The position numbers and the translations under genes are program-made. A DNA stretch of 64,000 bases from Candidatus Aenigmatarchaeota archaeon (GTDB lineage Archaea; Aenigmatarchaeota; Aenigmatarchaeia; CG10238-14), in NCBI GenBank assembly GCA_026414305.1, contig JAOAJH010000001.1, positions 101,543 to 165,542 on the forward strand, given 5' to 3'. How positions within the stretch are numbered: the stretch's first letter is position 1; the number at the start of each line of letters is the position of its first letter. Below the pieces are notes generated by a model. It was given only the letters and a program-made list of their open reading frames with translations, did not search any database and had not been told where the DNA came from. Positions 18,929-27,687 of the stretch are shown in pieces.

Positions 18929-19714
18929 ATGAAAGCAAATGTTTATGATTTGAATGGCAAAGCAAAAGAACAAATAGAATTGCCTAGTGTATTTTCTGCT
19001 TCTGTCAGGGATGATATTATAAGAAGGGCTATTTTAGCTTTGCAAAGCCAAAAAAGACAGCAATATGGAAGCGATCCTGAAGCTGGTTTAAGAAGCTCTG
19101 CAGAATATCATGGCAAGAGAAGGATGAGATATCAGATGATAAACAGAGATATGGCTAGATTACCTAGATTGCACAGAACAACACCTCATCTTAATTTTAG
19201 AGTAAGACTTGTTCCTCAAGCTGTTAAAGGTAGAAGAGTTCATTCTTCAAAAGCTGAAAAGATTTTTGCTCAAAAAATAAACAGCAAAGAGTTAAAATTG
19301 GCATTAAAATCTGCAATAGCTGCTACAGCTGATGTAAAGCTTGCAAAATTAAGGGGTCACCAAGTTGAAAAATTACCGTTAATAGTTGAAGACAGCATAC
19401 AAAAGATAAAAAAAGCAAAAGAATTTGAGAAAATAGCTGAAAAGATGGATTTGACAAGAGAAATAGAAAGATGCAAGGATAAAAGACAAAGGCCAGGAAG
19501 AGGAAAGATGAGAGGAAGAAGATATAAAACCAAAAAAGGCATTTTAGTTGTAGTTGCTAAGGATGAAGGAATAATAAAAGCAGTGTCAAACATTCCAGGT
19601 ATGGATGCAACCACTGTTGACAAATTGTCTGTAGAGCATCTAGCGCCAGGCGCAATGCCAGGAAGGCTTACAATATGGTCAAAATCTGCAATTGAAAAAC
19701 TAAAGGAGATGTAA
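18929..19714 (+). CDS. rpl4: 50S ribosomal protein uL4
   Basis: [30 protein letters not shown]. Confidence 0.97.
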   Translation: MKANVYDLNGKAKEQIELPSVFSASVRDDIIRRAILALQSQKRQQYGSDPEAGLRSSAEYHGKRRMRYQMINRDMARLPRLHRTTPHLNFRVRLVPQAVKGRRVHSSKAEKIFAQKINSKELKLALKSAIAATADVKLAKLRGHQVEKLPLIVEDSIQKIKKAKEFEKIAEKMDLTREIERCKDKRQRPGRGKMRGRRYKTKKGILVVVAKDEGIIKAVSNIPGMDATTVDKLSVEHLAPGAMPGRLTIWSKSAIEKLKEM

Positions 19715-19715
19715 T

Positions 19716-19976
19716 ATGGATCCATTTGAGGTTTTGAAATACCCTGCAATGACAGAAAAGAATGTGTCAATGGTTGAAAAAGAGAATAAAATAGTGTTTA
19801 TAGTTGATAGAAAATATAGCAAAAAGCAAATAAAGCAAGCTTTTGAGCAAATGTTTAATGTTAAAGTTGACAAAGTGAATACAACAATAACAAGAGAGGG
19901 AAAGAAAAAAGCATTTATAAAATTAAAACCAGAATATTCTGCTTCAGATATAGCAATAAAATTAGGAATGATTTAA
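19716..19976 (+). CDS. rpl23: 50S ribosomal protein uL23
   Basis: TEK, KVNT, KKAFIKL. Confidence 0.97.
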   Translation: MDPFEVLKYPAMTEKNVSMVEKENKIVFIVDRKYSKKQIKQAFEQMFNVKVDKVNTTITREGKKKAFIKLKPEYSASDIAIKLGMI

Positions 19977-19986
19977 GGCGGTGTAA

Positions 19987-20688
19987 ATGGGAAAGAGAAT
20001 TAAAGCAAGGGCAAGAGGAAAAGGCGGACCAAGATATAGAGCCCCATCACACAATTGGGCTGGAAAAGTTGAATACTATTTGTCTGATAAGATTTCTTAT
20101 GGTGTTGTTAAAGACATAATTCATGATTCAGGCAGAAATGCCCCTTTAAGTGTTGTTGAATTTCCTGATAAAACTGTTAAGCTGCACATAGCAGTAAGCG
20201 GCATCAAAGTTGGTGACAAAATCAATTATTGGGATGGCTTAAGTACAGGCAGTGTTTTACCTTTGCACAAAATACCTGAAGGCATGAAGATTTGCTGCAT
20301 AGAAACATATCCTGGTTCTGGACCTAAAATGTGTAGGACATCAGGCAGCTTTGCTACAGTTTTAGGCAAAATAAAAGACAAAGTGAGATTAATGTTTCCA
20401 TCTGGTAAGATAAGAGAGATAAATCAAAACTGTTTGGCAATGATTGGCATACCAGCAGGTGAAGGCAGAAAGGAAAAGCCATTTGTCAAAGCAGGACAGA
20501 ATCATTACAAATCTCTTGCAAGAGGCAAGTTTTGGCCTGTTGTCAGAGGCGTTGCAATGGGACCTGTTGATCATCCATTTGGTGGTAAGACAAAACCAGG
20601 TATACCAAAGAGCGTTTCAAGGCATGCACCGCCTGGCAGAAAAGTAGGTTCAATTAGTCCAAGAAGGATGGGTAAGAGAAAGAAATAA
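19987..20688 (+). CDS. rpl2: 50S ribosomal protein uL2
   Basis: HDSGRNAP, VRGVAM..VDHPFGG, PPGRKVG. Confidence 0.98.
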   Translation: MGKRIKARARGKGGPRYRAPSHNWAGKVEYYLSDKISYGVVKDIIHDSGRNAPLSVVEFPDKTVKLHIAVSGIKVGDKINYWDGLSTGSVLPLHKIPEGMKICCIETYPGSGPKMCRTSGSFATVLGKIKDKVRLMFPSGKIREINQNCLAMIGIPAGEGRKEKPFVKAGQNHYKSLARGKFWPVVRGVAMGPVDHPFGGKTKPGIPKSVSRHAPPGRKVGSISPRRMGKRKK

Positions 20689-20713
20689 ATGTTAAACCAA
20701 ACAAGTGTTAATT

Positions 20714-21097
20714 ATGGCAAAGCAATTTACATTCAAGGGAAAAACAATTGAAGAATTGAAACAACTTAGCCTTGAGAATTTTGCAAAGCTTGTCACAAGC
20801 AGGGAAAGAAGAACATTGCTCAGAGGCTTGAATGACAGGCAGAAAAAATTGCTTGAAAATTTGAGAAAATATCCTGACAAGTTTCACAGAACGCATGAAA
20901 GAGATATGATAGTTTTGCCTGAAATGGTTGGAAGAAAGATTGGCGTTCACAACGGCAAAGAGTTTGTATCGCTAACAATAGCAGATTATATGGTTGGTCA
21001 TAGACTAGGTGAGTTTGCATTAACAAGAGGCAGAGTAAAACACTCCTCACCAGGAGTAGGTGCTACAAGAGCATCCAAGCATGTGCCACTAAAGTAG
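20714..21097 (+). CDS. rps19: 30S ribosomal protein uS19
   Basis: THERDM, HNGK, GHRLGEF, GATRAS. Confidence 0.97.
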   Translation: MAKQFTFKGKTIEELKQLSLENFAKLVTSRERRTLLRGLNDRQKKLLENLRKYPDKFHRTHERDMIVLPEMVGRKIGVHNGKEFVSLTIADYMVGHRLGEFALTRGRVKHSSPGVGATRASKHVPLK

Positions 21098-21159
21098 GTT
21101 CTATGTTGTTAATCTTTAAAAATATTATAGACAAATATCTTTAGCGTAAGAGTGATTTT

Positions 21160-21522
21160 ATGGAAAAAACAGCAAAGGCAAAAAGGATAAATGCAAGAGT
21201 GTCAATGAAAGATGCTAATGTCATTTTCAAGAAATTGAGAAGGAAAAAACTTGAAAAGGCAAAGGCATTTTTACAAAGATTGATCGATAAAAAAGAGGAT
21301 ATAGACGGCAAATACTATACAGGCGCATGCAAAGTTATTTTAGAGTTGCTTGAGGATGTTCAAGCAAATGCAGAAGCCAAAAATTTGGACACAGAAAAGT
21401 TATTTATAAAAAAATTGGCAGCAAATAAATCATTTACATTTGTGCTGCCTAAAAGCAGAATAACCCACAGAGGAAGAAGAGCCAAAATGTGCCATTTAGA
21501 AGTTGAAGTGGAGGAAAGATAA
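21160..21522 (+). CDS. rpl22: 50S ribosomal protein uL22 (short form)
   Basis: Position between rps19 and rps3; ANAEAKNLD, GRRAKMCHLEV. Confidence 0.9.
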   Translation: MEKTAKAKRINARVSMKDANVIFKKLRRKKLEKAKAFLQRLIDKKEDIDGKYYTGACKVILELLEDVQANAEAKNLDTEKLFIKKLAANKSFTFVLPKSRITHRGRRAKMCHLEVEVEER

Positions 21523-22151
21523 TGTCTGTTCAAAAGTTTTTTGTCAAAGAAGGCATAAGAGAATCTCAAATAGAGGAATTTCTAAGAAAAAAGTTTGACA
21601 AGGCTGGCTATAGCCATTCTGAGATACAAAGAACGCCGCTCGGCACTAGAATAATTGTTTATTGCGAAAAACCGGGTTTAGTTGTTGGCAAGTCAGGGAA
21701 AAGAATAAGCGACATCACGCTTGAAATTAAATCAAAATTTGAATTGGAAAATCCTATGCTGGATGTAAAAGAAGTTGAAGAGCCTTATTTGGACGCTCAG
21801 ATAGTTGCTAATAAGATTGCTAAAGGAATTGAAAAAGGAGGATTTTACAAAAAACTTGCCAATTATTACATGGAAAGAGTTATGCAGGCAGGTGCTATTG
21901 GTGTTGAAATTAGAACAGCTGGAAAGCTTGGTGGTGAAAGAGGAAGATTTCAAACATTCAAGCAAGGCTACATAAAGCATTCAGGCTATTATGCTGACAC
22001 ACTTGTTGCAAAAGGTTATGCTACTGCTATCTTAAAACTAGGAATGGTTGGCGTCAAAGTAAAAATATTGACACAGATGCCTGAAGATTTAAATGAAAAA
22101 ACCATAGAGGGAATTTTAAATGAAGAAAAAGGATCTAAAGAAAATGAGTGA
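21522..22151 (+). CDS. rps3: 30S ribosomal protein uS3
   Basis: AGYS, RTPLGTR, PGLVVGKSG, GAIGVEI. Confidence 0.97.
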   Translation: MSVQKFFVKEGIRESQIEEFLRKKFDKAGYSHSEIQRTPLGTRIIVYCEKPGLVVGKSGKRISDITLEIKSKFELENPMLDVKEVEEPYLDAQIVANKIAKGIEKGGFYKKLANYYMERVMQAGAIGVEIRTAGKLGGERGRFQTFKQGYIKHSGYYADTLVAKGYATAILKLGMVGVKVKILTQMPEDLNEKTIEGILNEEKGSKENE

Positions 22152-22311
22152 AAGCGATCTAGACAAGCAATTAAAGGAATTAAGGCTAGACCTACTTAAG
22201 GAAAAAGGAAATGTTGAAATGGGAGGAAATGTCAAAAACCCAGGAAAGATAAGGTCCATAAGAAAGACAATAGCGAGAATTTTGACGCTAAAATCACAGA
22301 AATCAAAATGA
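22120..22311 (+). CDS. rpl29: 50S ribosomal protein uL29
   Basis: NPGKIRSIRKTIARILT. Confidence 0.95.
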   Translation: MKKKDLKKMSESDLDKQLKELRLDLLKEKGNVEMGGNVKNPGKIRSIRKTIARILTLKSQKSK

Positions 22312-22388
22312 TTGATTTTCTATAGAAAAACTTAATAATCTTTAACTGTTATGTTTAATTAACTGAAAATTAGGTGATTTGTGAATAA

Positions 22389-22700
22389 ATGGCTGAGAAA
22401 ATAGGTGTATGTCCAACTTGTGGTTTGCCTTTAGATATATGTACATGCAAGGTAATACAAAGAGAGGCAAGAAAAATCAAGGTTTACATGACAACAAGAA
22501 AGTTTGGCAAGCCAGTGACAATAGTTGATGGAGTTGACAACAAATCTGTCAAATCTGTTCTGAAAAGCTTGAAACAGAAGCTAGCATGCGGTGGTTCTTT
22601 CAAAGATGGAAAAATAGAGTTGCAGGGAAATCATGTACAGAAGACAAAGGAAATTTTGTTGTCTTTGGGTTTTGACAAAGAAATGCTTGAAGAAAACTAG
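22389..22700 (+). CDS. Translation initiation factor aIF1 (SUI1)
   Basis: CPTCGLP..C.C, LKQKLACGGS, IELQG. Confidence 0.95.
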   Translation: MAEKIGVCPTCGLPLDICTCKVIQREARKIKVYMTTRKFGKPVTIVDGVDNKSVKSVLKSLKQKLACGGSFKDGKIELQGNHVQKTKEILLSLGFDKEMLEEN

Positions 22701-23317
22701 ACAAGTGGGACATATCTTACAAAGTTTATTGTTTTTTTGGTTATTTTATCCTTTTTTTCAACTAGAGTTAATTCTTGGACCATACCACCACCTAACGGTA
22801 TGAGCATTTTGCCGCCAAATTTAAGTTGTTCAATGAGAATTTCAGGAATTTTTTTTGCAGATGCTGTGACAGCTATTTTGTCATATGGCATAAAATCGGT
22901 TATAATTTTTTTTCCATCTGCATTCAAGATAACAATGTCGTCATATCCAGCTTTGCTTATATTTCTCTTGCAAAAATCAAAAGTTTGTTTGTTTATTTCA
23001 ACACCTACAACTTTGCCGCTGTTGCCAACTATTTCTCTTGCTAACGCAAGCCCATAGCCAGATCCAGACCCTATTTCAAGAAAAAAATCACCTTTTTTCA
23101 ACTCCAACGATTCATAGTAAATTGCATATGTATGCGGGGCTGAAATTGTGTGATTGCCGTCAAAAGGAGGAATGGGAAACGGCTCATCCAAATAAGCATA
23201 TTTTTCATATTTTTCAGTCATAAACAACCTTCTATCGACTTTTTTGAAAGCTTGTATTATCTCATTTGTTTTAAGAAAACCTTCTTTTATGAGTTGTTCA
23301 ATCATTTCCGATTTCAT
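22697..23317 (-). CDS. pcm: Protein-L-isoaspartate O-methyltransferase
   Basis: VDRRLF, TISAPH, LEIGSGSGY, PYDKIAVTA, QLK.GG, VRYVPL. Confidence 0.93.
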   Translation of the reverse strand: MKSEMIEQLIKEGFLKTNEIIQAFKKVDRRLFMTEKYEKYAYLDEPFPIPPFDGNHTISAPHTYAIYYESLELKKGDFFLEIGSGSGYGLALAREIVGNSGKVVGVEINKQTFDFCKRNISKAGYDDIVILNADGKKIITDFMPYDKIAVTASAKKIPEILIEQLKFGGKMLIPLGGGMVQELTLVEKKDKITKKTINFVRYVPLV

Positions 23318-23354
23318 GCAATCAATTTAATTATTCCTCTCAAAAATTATTAAT

Positions 23355-23636
23355 ATGCCGATAACTCCGTCAAACATAGTCAGACACGAACTCATAGGGC
23401 TTGAAACTGAAATAAAAAGCGCAACTAATAAATATTTGATAGGTTTAAAAGGTTTAGTTGTCGATGAAACATATGGTATGTTGATGATACAGACAAAAAA
23501 AGGAGAAAAAAAGGTAAATAAAAAAGGAACAATATTTATATTTCATTTACCAAATGGTAAAAGAGTACAGGTTGATGGAAGCTTGCTTGTGAGCAGGCCA
23601 GAAGACAGGATAAAGAAAAAGCTACCAAGGTGGTGA
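23355..23636 (+). CDS. rnp1: RNase P protein component 1 (aRpp29)
   Basis: HELIGL, GLVVDET, RPEDR. Confidence 0.95.
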   Translation: MPITPSNIVRHELIGLETEIKSATNKYLIGLKGLVVDETYGMLMIQTKKGEKKVNKKGTIFIFHLPNGKRVQVDGSLLVSRPEDRIKKKLPRW

Positions 23637-23637
23637 A

Positions 23638-23847
23638 TTGACAGATAAAATAATGAGACAAATAAGGGCAGAGTTGGTTAGAGATAAAAGGTTTAGGAAT
23701 GAATTGTCTGTTGCCCTTATAAATGATATATTAAGCAGTGATGATATGGGTATAAGTCAAAGCCAGGTAAACAAAAAAATAATAAAGATTATTGATGAAT
23801 TAATAAGAATAAAGTTTGACAAAAAAGAGGATTTGCTATATAATTAG
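23638..23847 (+). CDS. Hypothetical 69-aa protein inside the ribosomal operon
   Basis: TTG start after AGGTGG; fills the rnp1-rps17 gap; no recognisable family. Confidence 0.6.
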   Translation: MTDKIMRQIRAELVRDKRFRNELSVALINDILSSDDMGISQSQVNKKIIKIIDELIRIKFDKKEDLLYN

Positions 23848-23856
23848 GTGTAAGAA

Positions 23857-24183
23857 ATGCAGAAAGCAAAAGACATAGGATATGATGTAAAGCAACCGGA
23901 AAAGGCATGCTCAGATCCAAAGTGCCCTTTTCATGGAAAGCTTCCTATAAGAGGCAAGATCTTGAAAGGGATTGTGGTATCAGATAGAATGAGCAGAAGC
24001 GTTGTGGTTAGAATAGACTATATTCAATATATATCAAAATATGAAAGGTATGAAAAGAGAAAAAGCAGGATATCAGCACACAACCCAGAATGCATAAATG
24101 CTAAAAAAGGAGACACAGTCACAATAGCAGAATGCAGGCCTTTATCAAAAACAAAGGCATTTGTTGTCATACAAAAAAATTAA
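23857..24183 (+). CDS. rps17: 30S ribosomal protein uS17
   Basis: [27 protein letters not shown]. Confidence 0.98.
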   Translation: MQKAKDIGYDVKQPEKACSDPKCPFHGKLPIRGKILKGIVVSDRMSRSVVVRIDYIQYISKYERYEKRKSRISAHNPECINAKKGDTVTIAECRPLSKTKAFVVIQKN

Positions 24184-24232
24184 TAAACCTTTTTAATTAT
24201 ATCTTTCTTTAAATTAAAGGAGTTGATTATAA

Positions 24233-24631
24233 ATGAAAGCAATAAAGGCAAAAATAACAAGGGGCATACCTGTAAACTCTTTAATAGAATGCGCAGACAA
24301 CACAGGCGCAAAAATACTAAATGTAATAGCTGTTATGGGTTACAAAGGTGTTAAAAGGAGAATGCCTTCATGTGGCGTTGGAGACATGATAGTGTGTTCT
24401 GTTAAATCTGGGACAGTCAAATGGAGAAAACAAGTTGTTAAAGCAGTTGTTATAAGACAGAAAAAAGAATATAGAAGAATGAATGGAATAAGGATAAGTT
24501 TTGAAGACAACGCAGCAATACTTGTTAATGAAAGAGGAGAGCCCGTTGGTTCTCAAATAAAAGGACCTGTTGCAAGAGAAGCTGTCGACAGGTTTTCTGT
24601 TATAGGTAAGGTTGCAAGCTTTGTCATATAA
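24233..24631 (+). CDS. rpl14: 50S ribosomal protein uL14
   Basis: CADNTGAK, FEDNAA, GPVARE. Confidence 0.98.
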   Translation: MKAIKAKITRGIPVNSLIECADNTGAKILNVIAVMGYKGVKRRMPSCGVGDMIVCSVKSGTVKWRKQVVKAVVIRQKKEYRRMNGIRISFEDNAAILVNERGEPVGSQIKGPVAREAVDRFSVIGKVASFVI

Positions 24632-24641
24632 AGGTGCTTTT

Positions 24642-25010
24642 ATGAAAAAATGGTCGCCAAAATGGAAGTCAAGCAAAAATCCAAAAAAGCAGAGGAAATA
24701 TAGATACAATGCGCCTTTGCATGTTAAAAGAAAATTTGTTTCTGTTCATTTGTCAAAGGAATTAAGAACAAAGCATAAAAAAAGATCAATCCCTGTGAGA
24801 AAGGGAGATGAAATAATAGTTCTGAGAGGAAAATACAAAAAAAGAACAGGCAAAGTTTCTAGAGTAGATTTGATACATGGTAGAGTTTATGTTGATGGCA
24901 TAACAAGAAAGAAAGTTGCAGGCACAGAAATACCAGTTTCATTTACGCCAAGCAATTTGATGATAACAAGCCTGCAGGATGATAAAAAAAGATTTAAAAA
25001 ATCAAAATAA
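24642..25010 (+). CDS. rpl24: 50S ribosomal protein uL24
   Basis: PKKQRK..YNAPLH, VRKGD, PSNL; ATG after AGGTG preferred. Confidence 0.96.
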   Translation: MKKWSPKWKSSKNPKKQRKYRYNAPLHVKRKFVSVHLSKELRTKHKKRSIPVRKGDEIIVLRGKYKKRTGKVSRVDLIHGRVYVDGITRKKVAGTEIPVSFTPSNLMITSLQDDKKRFKKSK

Positions 25011-25022
25011 AGGTTAATTGCT

Positions 25023-25724
25023 ATGTCAAGACACATGAAAACATTTTCAGCGCCAAAATCATGGAAAATACCGGCAAAATCAAGACCATGGGTAGTCAGA
25101 CCTATGCCAGGTCCTCATAAAAAAACAAAGTCAATACCTCTAGCAGTTATAATAAGAGATATACTTAAGATGGCTGACACATACAAAGAGGCAAAAACAA
25201 TAATAAGCAATGGAAATGTTCTTGTAGACGGTATTGTAAGAAAAGATCCAAAGTTTTCTCCGGGTATGATGGATGTAATTTCAATACCTTCATTGAATAA
25301 AAATTTCAGAATAGTTGTTTCAAAAGGAGGTTTGAAGCTAATAGAAATAAACAAAAATGAAGCAAAAATGAAACTTTGCAGAATAAACAGGAAAAAATTA
25401 ACAAAAGGCAAAAAAGTACAATTAGGAACACATGACGGCAGAACATTTATTGTAAAAGAAAAGACATATTCAACTGGCGATTCTATACTTGTTGAAGTGC
25501 CTGAACAAAAGATAGTGGAGCACTTGAAAATGGAAAAGGGGATGCTAGGTCTTATAACAGGCGGTGAAAACATTGGTGAAATTGTCAAAATAAACCAAAT
25601 AAAGAGAACAAGAAGCAGAGAACCAAACAAAGTTTCATGCAGTCTTAAGGACAGAGAAATAGATGCTGTCAAAGACGATGTTTTTGTTATAGGATCAACA
25701 AAACCAAAAATACAAATAGAGTGA
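25023..25724 (+). CDS. rps4e: 30S ribosomal protein eS4
   Basis: APKSW, PGPH, VDG.VR.D, HDGRT. Confidence 0.97.
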   Translation: MSRHMKTFSAPKSWKIPAKSRPWVVRPMPGPHKKTKSIPLAVIIRDILKMADTYKEAKTIISNGNVLVDGIVRKDPKFSPGMMDVISIPSLNKNFRIVVSKGGLKLIEINKNEAKMKLCRINRKKLTKGKKVQLGTHDGRTFIVKEKTYSTGDSILVEVPEQKIVEHLKMEKGMLGLITGGENIGEIVKINQIKRTRSREPNKVSCSLKDREIDAVKDDVFVIGSTKPKIQIE

Positions 25725-25728
25725 TTTT

Positions 25729-26229
25729 ATGAATGCTATGAAAAAAGTGAGGCTTGAAAAAGTAACGCTTAATATGGGAACAAGCACAGATAAAGAAAAA
25801 ATAGAAAAAGGATTGAAACTTTTGGAAATGCTCACAGGCAAAAAACCTGTTGTAACAAAGACAATAAAGAGAAATACTTTTGGCATTGCAAAAGGAAGAC
25901 CAATAGGTGTCAAGCTGACGCTTAGAGGCAAAGATGCTATGAATATGCTCATGAAAGTGTTTTCTGCTGTAGACAATTCCATAAAAATCAAACAAATAAA
26001 TGCTGGTAATTTTTCTATTGGTGTAAAAGAATACATAGATCTTCCTGGAGTCAATTATGATTCAAGTATTGGAATATTGGGATTTGATTGCACAGTTGCG
26101 CTTGAAAGACCTGGATATAGTGTAAAAAGAAGAAAATTAAGAAAAGCTAAAATAGGTAAAAAACATCTAATTACTAAACAAGAGACTGTTGATTGGATAA
26201 AATCTCTGGGGGTGAAAGTAATTGAGTGA
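25729..26229 (+). CDS. rpl5: 50S ribosomal protein uL5
   Basis: EKVTLNMG, IGVKLTLRG, GNFSIG, RPGY. Confidence 0.97.
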   Translation: MNAMKKVRLEKVTLNMGTSTDKEKIEKGLKLLEMLTGKKPVVTKTIKRNTFGIAKGRPIGVKLTLRGKDAMNMLMKVFSAVDNSIKIKQINAGNFSIGVKEYIDLPGVNYDSSIGILGFDCTVALERPGYSVKRRKLRKAKIGKKHLITKQETVDWIKSLGVKVIE

Positions 26230-26233
26230 GGAA

Positions 26234-26401
26234 ATGTGGTCATCTGTAATGACTACTAAATTGGGTGGTGTTATTTTCAGAAAAGCATTGATGGAAAACA
26301 ACTGGTCAAAGATTTATGAAAATGTAATGTTTGGAATCAATGAGGAGGAAATAGATAGCGAGACAAGTGTGTTAAAAGCTTTTGGGAATATAGGTGGTTG
26401 A
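26234..26401 (+). CDS. Hypothetical 55-aa protein between rpl5 and rps14 (not in ORF track)
   Basis: MWSSVMTTKLGGVIFRKALMENNWSKIYENVMFGINEEEIDSETSVLKAFGNIGG; fills the gap and its stop abuts the rps14 start. Confidence 0.5.
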   Translation: MWSSVMTTKLGGVIFRKALMENNWSKIYENVMFGINEEEIDSETSVLKAFGNIGG

Positions 26402-26545
26402 TTGCCAGCAAAGTTTGGAAAAGGTAAAAGAGTTTGCAAAAAATGCGGAACCCACAGAGGTATTATTAGAAAGTATGGTTTATACTACTGCAGAAGATGT
26501 ATGAGAGAAATAGCTCAGAGTTTAGGCTTTCAGAAATATAGCTGA
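26402..26545 (+). CDS. rps14: 30S ribosomal protein uS14 (not in ORF track)
   Basis: TTG start; [47 protein letters not shown] with CxxC...CRRC Zn finger. Confidence 0.96.
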   Translation: MPAKFGKGKRVCKKCGTHRGIIRKYGLYYCRRCMREIAQSLGFQKYS

Positions 26546-26550
26546 TTGCA

Positions 26551-27405
26551 ATGTTTGACTGGATTCTTGTTCTTGTTGCTTTTGTTGGTTCTTTTATTGC
26601 AGGCGTAATTGATCTAAAAACAACTGAAATACCAGATCAAATTCCTTATGTCATGGCTGTCATAGGCATAATTTTTCATATAATACAATCAATTGTATTG
26701 CAAAGCTTCAATCCTTTAATTTACTCTCTTACTGCTGGAATAGGATTTTTGGTTTTTGGCCTTTTTATGTATTACACAGGTCAGTGGGGAGGCGGTGATG
26801 CTAAACTCCTTTCTGCTATGGGATTTCTTTTGGGAAATGTTAACGTGACTACAAAAGTTTTTTTCCCTTTACCGTTAAGCCTGTTTTTCAATGTTTTTTT
26901 TGTAGGAGCAATATACATGATTTTATATGCCGTTGTTTTAGCATTTTTAAACAAAAAAATATGGTATGAATTTGTTCATCAAATAAAATCAAATACAAAA
27001 ATGCTTGTTATGCTTAATATTACAATTGCAGCTGTTTTAATAATTTTCGGAATTTTGTCCTTGAACTTTTTTGCAGGACTGAATTTTATGGAACTTGTAC
27101 TAATTGAAATAAAGCTTGTCATTATAACAATATTTCTGTTTCTTGTTTGGAGATTTTCAAAAACTGTTGAGGACGTCGGTTTTAAAAGAAAAATTCCTGT
27201 CAGTGAGCTAAAGGAAGGTGATGTTCTTTTGGATTCCAAAGTTTGGGAAGGAATAACAAAGCAGCAGCTAAAGCAAATAAAAAAATCCGGTAAAAAACAT
27301 GTATGGATAAAAGAGGGTGTTAGATTTGGCCTTGCATTTCCACTTGCTTTGATATTCACAATCTTTATTGGCGATGGGTTGCTGATACTTATTGGTATGA
27401 TCTGA
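26551..27405 (+). CDS. A24 family prepilin/prearchaellin peptidase
   Basis: DLKTTEIPD and GGGDAKL catalytic Asp motifs; multiple TM; C-terminal LKEGD domain. Confidence 0.92.
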   Translation: MFDWILVLVAFVGSFIAGVIDLKTTEIPDQIPYVMAVIGIIFHIIQSIVLQSFNPLIYSLTAGIGFLVFGLFMYYTGQWGGGDAKLLSAMGFLLGNVNVTTKVFFPLPLSLFFNVFFVGAIYMILYAVVLAFLNKKIWYEFVHQIKSNTKMLVMLNITIAAVLIIFGILSLNFFAGLNFMELVLIEIKLVIITIFLFLVWRFSKTVEDVGFKRKIPVSELKEGDVLLDSKVWEGITKQQLKQIKKSGKKHVWIKEGVRFGLAFPLALIFTIFIGDGLLILIGMI

Positions 27406-27661
27406 TAATTCTTGCATATGCTATATTTTGGTCAATTTTTTCTATTTCTACCAAAAGTCTATCACCCGGTCTAATTTTATGTATTTCATTAGACCAATGA
27501 TCATCTGAATAATTCCAATCCCCTGAAATTTGGATTATATATCCTGTGTTGTCTTTGCCAAAAATCATGCTATAAGGTTTCTTTGATGCACCACATCTCT
27601 CTGAATAACAACAAACAGTTATTTCAAGCTTTTTGCCTTTTCTTAATGCATCAATGTTCAT
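27389..27661 (-). CDS. Hypothetical protein (possible OB/TRAM-like fold)
   Basis: ORF after serS on the same strand; IRPGDRLLVEIEKI.NIAYA resembles a TRAM/OB strand pattern. Confidence 0.5.
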   Translation of the reverse strand: MNIDALRKGKKLEITVCCYSERCGASKKPYSMIFGKDNTGYIIQISGDWNYSDDHWSNEIHKIRPGDRLLVEIEKIDQNIAYARIIRSYQ

Positions 27662-27687
27662 TTTTTTAAAGAAATAATTTTAACTAT

